A stretch of DNA of 64,000 nt from Candidatus Cloacimonadales bacterium. Its GTDB lineage: Bacteria; Cloacimonadota; Cloacimonadia; Cloacimonadales; JAFGVF01. Location: contig CAXXJV010000001.1 of assembly GCA_963663475.2 (NCBI GenBank), forward strand, positions 1,984,001 through 2,048,000, given 5' to 3'. The notes below the pieces were generated by a model that saw nothing but the letters and a program-made list of their open reading frames with translations, ran no database searches and had not been told where the DNA came from. The translations under genes were made by a program, and so were the position numbers. Below, one piece after another: positions 57,751-64,000 of this stretch (the first letter of the stretch is position 1; the number at the start of each line of letters is the position of its first letter).

Positions 57751-60700
57751 ATGAAGAAATGCCTAACCCTTATTTTTCTCCTTTTTATAAGCATTTACCA
57801 GGGTGAAGATCTTAAATACTGGATTAGTGAATATTTTTCTCCTCAAGATACACAAATTCAATTAAAACATAATCAACTGATAACTTATTCAGAGACGGTA
57901 CTTTCAGATAGCTTAGTTTTTACAAGAAATCTGGATTATTCTATTGATTATCAAGAGGGTAAAATTTGGCCAATTTCAGACAAGATAAAAAAAGAAAGAC
58001 AATTAAAAATTGACTATAAAATTATTCCTCAAGATTTCTTAGAAGCCTTGTATTTATATAAGATTGAAGTAAGGGATGACTCAACTTATGTTGTGGAAAA
58101 AAGAGAAAGGAAGGCAACATTTTTAGAAAACAATAAGTTATTAATCAATGGTTCAAAAACATTTGCCCTTTCTTTTTCAGAAAGCAAAGACTTTGATGTT
58201 AATCAATCTCTCTATCTAAAACTTTCTGGTGAAATAGCTTCTAATCTCTTTGTTGAAGCTCAATTATCAGATAGTAATTCTCCTATATCTGTGGAAGGAG
58301 GTTCACAAGAACTTAGTTCATTGGATAAAGTCTTTATTTCATTATTTAATGATAATTTTGAACTTTCTTTTGGTGATTTATCACATGAAATCAAGAATAC
58401 TAATTACATCAATTATTTAGCTCAGTTTGAAGGATTGAAAATAGGCTTATTTCAAGATAAAAATGCTATTTATACTGGTTCTTTTGACCAGCAAAATAAA
58501 GTCTGGGCAGCTTTAGCTGTTTCTAAAGGTAAAAATAGCTCTTTTAGATTTACTTGCCTTGAAGGTAAACAAGGACCTTATTATATTTATGTTAATGATA
58601 ATGATCAGAATATTTCTATTATTGCCAATTCAGAAAAACTCTTTATTGATGGAATTAAAGCTGAAAGAGGTATTGATTACTTTATTGATTATAGTGAAGG
58701 TTCAGTTACTTTTGAAAAATTAGTTACTTCTGAAACAGAAATATATATTACATTTGAATATAGTGATGAAAAGTACTCAAACAACCTTTATGTAAGTTCT
58801 TCTCATTATAAAATTACAGATTTTTTAAATATCTCCTTTCACGCTATCCATAGGGAAGACGATAAAGACAACCCACTAGAAGATATCCATACCCCTGAAG
58901 ATATCCAAGCTTTTAAAGTAGCTGGAGATAGCATTATTTTTGTTAATGGGGTATATGAAGTTGAGCTAGGCCAAGGTAATTATATAGCAGAAACAAATGC
59001 TCAAGGTGAAACTATCTACTCTTATGTTGGTGAGGAAGGACAAGGAAACTATAATATATACTTTTCTTACATGGGACAAGGTCAAGGCTCTTATAGCCAA
59101 AATCTACCTAACCAGTTTGAATATGTCGGGAGTGGGAATGGAGACTATGAAGCAGTTAGAAAGTTAAATCCTCCACAAAGACTTAGTAACTATGATCTAT
59201 TAATTAGATTTGGTTTAGAATCTTTCTATTTAGAGCTAGAAAGCCTACTAACAGAGTATGACCAAAATACTTTTTCTGCAAAAGATGATTCTGATAATCA
59301 GGGCTCTATCTCCAAAATAGCCCTGAATCTCAAGCAAGATTTTTCCAGCTGGTCAACTAATAATGTTGCCTCTTATGAATATAAGTCAAATAACCTTAAT
59401 GCAATCAGTGATTTAGAAAATCCTTTGGAGCTTAGTTATGGGGGGGCTGCTACTAGCTATGATTCTCTGAAATCAAAAATACTAGAACTTACTAGTGACT
59501 TTCAGTTAACAGACTATTTCAGGACAAGACTAAACTATAAGTCGCAAAAGATTAAATCTTTCTATGATAGCAATTTGCTTACAACAGATTTTAGCATTTA
59601 TGAGCATTACTATTCTCCTCAAGTAGATTATACTTATACCAATAAATCAATAGACTATTCTTTAGAGAATATTGATAGCTTCAATTATACAAATAAGACC
59701 TTGCAACTAAGCAAAAAAATATCTTTCCTACAAGCTAGATTTAACTTTCTAAAGGAAAGAAGCCAAGAAAATTTTACACCAAACTTTAAAACAGCTTTTG
59801 ATTATCAGAAATATACTTATTCCTTAAATACAATTAATCTTGCTAATATAAATATTGCTAGTTCATATTGGCAAGACCACAGAAAAAATCTAAACAATGA
59901 AGAATGGCAAGATATTAGCCTTACCCAGACATACAATAATAATCTTTTATTAAGTTTTAAAAAGTCAAATACTAATGTTGAATATACTCTTAGAAAAATT
60001 GATGGTAAAGATGATAATGTTGAAGACAATACCTTTAATAAAATCACTATTAACTCTAACCACTCCCTCTTTAATAATGGCTTAGATCTAAATTATAACT
60101 ATAAAATTAATAATCTTGAGTTTTACCCTAAAGTTAGAGAATTACAATACATGGGAGAAGGCGGGGGAGCTTATGATTCGCTTGGTTTTTATCAAGAAGA
60201 CGGAGACTGGGATTGGCTTTATGTTAATTCTGGCCAACCCCAACTATCTACAGAGTTAAATTTTAGCTTTAATGGTTATCTCAGACTCAGTAGCTTTACA
60301 CAAACACCCTTCTGGAGAAATCTAACAGCAGATCTCAGAACAATTATTACAGAAGATAGTAAAACTAGTGAAAAATTAAAATTATATCTTCTAAATCCTC
60401 AAGTCCTGATGAACAATAATACTAGCCTTTATGGCAGACAAAACATTCTTACTCGCTATGGCTATACTTCTGATGGGAAGAAGTTTAACTATAGTCTAGC
60501 TTTGGAATGGGATAAAATCTTAGATAATCGATATCAAGATGATAATAGAACAAGAATTAAAATTATAGATAATGAATTTATGTTGAGAAGAATGAGCTTT
60601 GGTAACCTAGGAACACAATTGACTTATAGGGAAGAAGATGATTCAAGATATCAACAGATAACTAAAGAATATTCTTCAACCTTAAAGTACCAAAATGGCT

Positions 60701-61059
60701 TTTTAAAGAATTACCTCTATAATGGTAATCTGAAGATTAAACTTGAAAATGGTGAAACACGTAATGAACTTAACGATTATGAAATTTGGCTTGCTGGTTT
60801 GAATAATATTATTACAGCTAACTTAGCGCGAAAATATACTTTACAGCTTAATAATGATTTTATCTATACTTGGGATAAGAGTCAGACTGATTTTATATTT
60901 TTACCTGAAAAAAGACCAGGCTTTTCTCTCAAATGGAATATTTCAGCTAAATATAATTATAATCAATATATAACTCTGAATCTTTCATATTTTGGTAATA
61001 AGTATCCTCAAAATCCGATGGAAAATAATTTAAATATAGAAATAAAGGCAGAATTTTAA
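57751..61059 (+). CDS. Large predicted outer-membrane beta-barrel protein of unknown function
   Basis: Signal peptide, alternating aromatic beta-strand pattern, terminal 'IKAEF'. Two 'DY.IDY..G' motifs. Confidence 0.65.
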   Translation: MKKCLTLIFLLFISIYQGEDLKYWISEYFSPQDTQIQLKHNQLITYSETVLSDSLVFTRNLDYSIDYQEGKIWPISDKIKKERQLKIDYKIIPQDFLEALYLYKIEVRDDSTYVVEKRERKATFLENNKLLINGSKTFALSFSESKDFDVNQSLYLKLSGEIASNLFVEAQLSDSNSPISVEGGSQELSSLDKVFISLFNDNFELSFGDLSHEIKNTNYINYLAQFEGLKIGLFQDKNAIYTGSFDQQNKVWAALAVSKGKNSSFRFTCLEGKQGPYYIYVNDNDQNISIIANSEKLFIDGIKAERGIDYFIDYSEGSVTFEKLVTSETEIYITFEYSDEKYSNNLYVSSSHYKITDFLNISFHAIHREDDKDNPLEDIHTPEDIQAFKVAGDSIIFVNGVYEVELGQGNYIAETNAQGETIYSYVGEEGQGNYNIYFSYMGQGQGSYSQNLPNQFEYVGSGNGDYEAVRKLNPPQRLSNYDLLIRFGLESFYLELESLLTEYDQNTFSAKDDSDNQGSISKIALNLKQDFSSWSTNNVASYEYKSNNLNAISDLENPLELSYGGAATSYDSLKSKILELTSDFQLTDYFRTRLNYKSQKIKSFYDSNLLTTDFSIYEHYYSPQVDYTYTNKSIDYSLENIDSFNYTNKTLQLSKKISFLQARFNFLKERSQENFTPNFKTAFDYQKYTYSLNTINLANINIASSYWQDHRKNLNNEEWQDISLTQTYNNNLLLSFKKSNTNVEYTLRKIDGKDDNVEDNTFNKITINSNHSLFNNGLDLNYNYKINNLEFYPKVRELQYMGEGGGAYDSLGFYQEDGDWDWLYVNSGQPQLSTELNFSFNGYLRLSSFTQTPFWRNLTADLRTIITEDSKTSEKLKLYLLNPQVLMNNNTSLYGRQNILTRYGYTSDGKKFNYSLALEWDKILDNRYQDDNRTRIKIIDNEFMLRRMSFGNLGTQLTYREEDDSRYQQITKEYSSTLKYQNGFLKNYLYNGNLKIKLENGETRNELNDYEIWLAGLNNIITANLARKYTLQLNNDFIYTWDKSQTDFIFLPEKRPGFSLKWNISAKYNYNQYITLNLSYFGNKYPQNPMENNLNIEIKAEF

Positions 61060-61060
61060 T

Positions 61061-61834
61061 ATGGGAATGTTAGAAACTTATGGAATGGCTATTATTTTAC
61101 CTGCTATTTTCTTAGCAGGTCTTGTTGATTCAATGGCAGGTGGGGGAGGTCTAATCTCAATTCCTGCCTACTTAGCTGCTGGTTTACCACCTCATTTTGC
61201 TCTGGGAAATAATAAATTTTCTTCAGCAAATGGAACTATCTTTACAACTATTAGGTATTTCAGAAATAATCTAATAGATACTAAAGTTGCACTATTCAGT
61301 GCCTTCTTTGCTCTAATCGGTTCTTTTCTTGGCACTAAAACAGTTTTATACCTATCTCCTAATTTTTTAAATATTCTCTTGATAATTGCTCTTCCAATCA
61401 TAGCTACTATCTTGATAACTAATAATAAACTAGGTAAGATAAATAATTCTCATACTGTAAGTTTAAAAAAGAAATTAGTTACAGCCGTTATAGCTGGCTT
61501 ACTTATTGGTTTTTATGATGGTTTCTTTGGACCAGGAACAGGAGCTTTTCTGATTTTAGTATATACCTCAGTTTTAAGTTATGACTTTGTAGTTGCTAAT
61601 GCTAATGCTAAGGTTGTTAACTTAGCCTCAAATCTGGCAGCAGTGGTAACGTTTATTGCTAGTGGTAAGGTTAATTATGAAATTGCAATTCCAGCTGCTA
61701 TTTGTGGTATCTTGGGTAATTTAACTGGATCTCATTTAGTAATTAAAAAAGGAAATTCTTTTATTAAACCAGTTTTTATAATGGTCTTAATTTTACTTTT
61801 GATAAAAGTGGTTTGGGATCAATTCCAAAACTGA
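61061..61834 (+). CDS. TSUP (TauE/SafE) family transporter
   Basis: 'AGLVDSMAGGGGLISIP' and 'GFYDGFFGPGTG'. Confidence 0.92.
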   Translation: MGMLETYGMAIILPAIFLAGLVDSMAGGGGLISIPAYLAAGLPPHFALGNNKFSSANGTIFTTIRYFRNNLIDTKVALFSAFFALIGSFLGTKTVLYLSPNFLNILLIIALPIIATILITNNKLGKINNSHTVSLKKKLVTAVIAGLLIGFYDGFFGPGTGAFLILVYTSVLSYDFVVANANAKVVNLASNLAAVVTFIASGKVNYEIAIPAAICGILGNLTGSHLVIKKGNSFIKPVFIMVLILLLIKVVWDQFQN

Positions 61835-62007
61835 TTGTTGTCTTAAATAATTAAGTAGATTTCGGGTTAAAAGTTTTTTACGGCCTATTGGACCTCTATT
61901 GGGGGCTATTAGGCCTTTATTAGTTTTCCCTTAGCTTTTGACCCAATGAAGGCATGATAGACAGGTTAGAGAAGTCAATCAATACCAGTACAAGAATTGA
62001 AGAAGGT

Positions 62008-62057
62008 GAAAATATCTTGCTATTGATCATTAAGTTATTCTACTGCACCATTCGGGT
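62008..62057. repeat. Partial ACCC-type MITE end
   Basis: Reverse complement of 62039-62057 is acccgaatggtgcagtaga, close to the 8012 TIR. Confidence 0.55.
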
Positions 62058-62062
62058 TTAAA

Positions 62063-62086
62063 AAAAGCCCTGAGAACAGGGCTTTT
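62063..62086. terminator. Bidirectional intrinsic terminator
   Basis: aaaagccctg-agaa-cagggctttt between convergent genes. Confidence 0.8.
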
Positions 62087-62119
62087 ATATGTATTGATTC
62101 TTAATTTCAAATTATGATA

Positions 62120-64000
62120 CTATTTCATTAAAATCATTTTCTTAGTAAGAGTTTGATTTCCAGTTTCTAATTTGTAGTAATAAACACCACTTGCAACTGC
62201 TTGTTCAGAACTATTAGTTCCATTCCAAACAAGAGAATGGCTACCAGCTTCTACATTACCTTTAAGCAGAGTTTTTACAAGTTGACCTTTAACATTATAG
62301 ATATTAAGTTCAAGATCCTTGCAAGCTTCTTTTAAAGCAAAGCTAATAGTAGTTTCTGGGTTAAATGGGTTTGGATAATTTTGTAGTAAATAGCTTTGAG
62401 GACTATTTACTTGATTATCGTTACTTACAAAAGTATCTGGTGGGGTTTTAGTGAATTTGATAGCAAAATTAGAGTCAATTACTTGAGCAGATTCTGGATA
62501 TATTCCTGCATAAGTATATTGAATACCATCATTTCTTTGGCCGTTCATGATACCAACTGTTGTGAAGTTACTTGTAACTGAAGGATTTGAGAAAGTATGG
62601 TATTGGAAAATAATATCACCATCTTCATCTGCTAGAGGTTCAAGGATAACTTGGAACTTCTGTAAAGCAGCATTTTCAAATTCATCTATTGTAGATTGAG
62701 TATATGTATCATTCCATTCAATAATGAATCTATTATTAGCTTGATCATGATAAGTTGAAATTCGCATATCAGCAAAAACATTTTGTTCAGTTTGCAGACC
62801 TTTTAAGTCATCCCAGTTAGGACAAACTTGATATTTAGGTCCAAGGGCAGATGGTATAGCTGAGTTGGTAAAGTTAACATACCATGTTGAACCAAAACTC
62901 ATCCATCCATTTGAACAAATAGTAACTTCATCAAAATCTTGTCCATAATACCTAAAAGTGAAAGGTAATTCTGTAACAAATGAATCATCATCACCTACTA
63001 TCTGAAGATTACCAGCTCCACCTTGACTTGGGTCAATATCTAACCATTCATAAGTTGGGGCAGAAGAGTAGCCTGTATCATTACTAGCATAAGCATAATA
63101 ACCATAGGCATCTGGTCCAGTAGGATGACTTGTCTCAACACCACTAATAGGGATAATAACAAATTTGGTTATTGTGTAGCCTGATACAGATTCTGTAAAA
63201 TCGAATCTAAATGGTATTTGAGCACCTGGAGTAGCAAGAGCATCAATTTGAGGAGAGAAACTTACAGTAGTTGTATTATTAACTACTGCCATATCATAAG
63301 CTACTTCTATATCATTATTAGTAACTCCTGAATGAAGAGCTCTAACTCTTACATTTCCAGAAGCTAAATCTATGTTTCCTATGTTTCTAAAGGTTACTTG
63401 AATTTCATTGGACTGTCCTGCTATTATTTCCCCATTATGGAGGATATAAGAAGGGTTTCCACCTGTTAAATGAAGGTTAAACTTCTCTGTATTTCCTGAT
63501 GGGCTCAAAGCAAGTTCAAAATCTGCTATTTCAGCAAACTCAGCATTACTTGATACTTCTACAGTGAAACTTACACTAGCGTTTGCACCTGAAGCTATAT
63601 TGCCTGCTGTTTGAACATTATTACTAATGATAATGTTAGGGTTTTGAGATGTAAGAGTCGCTTCTACATTATTATAATCACTAGCATAATTAGTGAGTTC
63701 AAGAGTAAGATTAGAAGTATAACCTGCTTGTAATTGCTGGTCTAAAGTTAAATCTGTAATAGCAATGTAATTACTTTGACTAACAGGAATCTCAGCTATG
63801 AAAGGTTTAAAGTTTTGTCTGGAAACAGTAATAGTAACTTCGTCACCTTCAGCTTCTGTATCTATAGGAATAATGGCTGAGCCATTAAGCACTCTAGTGT
63901 AATTATAGTTAATTCCATCTTTAGTACTAGTAACTATAGCATTTTCATGGTTGAGTGGGAAGTCAAGTTCAAGAGAACTTGTTCCTCTATCTAAGGAATT
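62120..64000 (-). CDS. C-terminal part of a large secreted protein, probably peptidase C25 (gingipain)-family, with FlgD-Ig/T9SS-type CTD; 5' end lies outside the window
   Basis: The frame stays open from the tracked start at 63892 to 64000 (36 more codons). 'VTITVSRQNFKPF' resembles the C25 C-terminal Ig domain. 'TGPDAYGYYAY' and a 'QNYPNPFNPETTI' CTD. The catalytic domain is not visible. Confidence 0.7.
   Translation of the reverse strand, partial: NSLDRGTSSLELDFPLNHENAIVTSTKDGINYNYTRVLNGSAIIPIDTEAEGDEVTITVSRQNFKPFIAEIPVSQSNYIAITDLTLDQQLQAGYTSNLTLELTNYASDYNNVEATLTSQNPNIIISNNVQTAGNIASGANASVSFTVEVSSNAEFAEIADFELALSPSGNTEKFNLHLTGGNPSYILHNGEIIAGQSNEIQVTFRNIGNIDLASGNVRVRALHSGVTNNDIEVAYDMAVVNNTTTVSFSPQIDALATPGAQIPFRFDFTESVSGYTITKFVIIPISGVETSHPTGPDAYGYYAYASNDTGYSSAPTYEWLDIDPSQGGAGNLQIVGDDDSFVTELPFTFRYYGQDFDEVTICSNGWMSFGSTWYVNFTNSAIPSALGPKYQVCPNWDDLKGLQTEQNVFADMRISTYHDQANNRFIIEWNDTYTQSTIDEFENAALQKFQVILEPLADEDGDIIFQYHTFSNPSVTSNFTTVGIMNGQRNDGIQYTYAGIYPESAQVIDSNFAIKFTKTPPDTFVSNDNQVNSPQSYLLQNYPNPFNPETTISFALKEACKDLELNIYNVKGQLVKTLLKGNVEAGSHSLVWNGTNSSEQAVASGVYYYKLETGNQTLTKKMILMK

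Noticed and set aside
3527-62581. Short antisense or alternate-frame ORFs nested in long genes (e.g. 3527, 4092, 4930, 15544, 16282, 27768, 44865, 59817, 61192, 62396)
   Set aside because: They are shadows of well-supported genes with no independent evidence.

Overview
AT-rich bacterial chromosome segment with standard code 11 (TGA is used as an ordinary stop at several genes). It is most likely from Candidatus Cloacimonadota; this is an inference from the many secreted proteins ending in an 'NYPNPFNP...WDG..D...VASG.Y' FlgD-Ig/T9SS-type C-terminal domain (CTD). The window holds large surface proteins: a beta-helix repeat protein, a GLUG-repeat protein, a 3595-aa protein with a catalytically dead peptidase-C10 domain plus about 35 FN3 repeats, and the C-terminal part of a C25-like protein. 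It also holds two tandem CheB/CheR fusions with a hybrid histidine kinase, a DUF1576 pair, a purK-purE-MFS-sua5 operon, pepF, a seven-tRNA cluster, a FadL-type porin, and a ybeY-CNNM-vanZ-hisS-like-NUDIX-large OMP-TSUP run. The best new signal is a gene the ORF track missed: 10712->10014 (-) reads through an in-frame TGA at the Cys position of a DUF1573-like motif, followed by a bacterial SECIS-like hairpin. It is a candidate exported selenoprotein fused to a Cys-less rhodanese domain. It is the last gene of a tight three-gene operon with a secreted CpcT/CpeT-family protein and a CTD-only mini-protein, and those two share a short N-terminal motif. The intergenic DNA carries at least two MITE families (ACCC-ended and GAGACTGTT-ended) and a perfect 28-37 bp palindrome in three copies with a compensatory base change and a flipped loop. 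No CRISPR array, rRNA or transposase was found.
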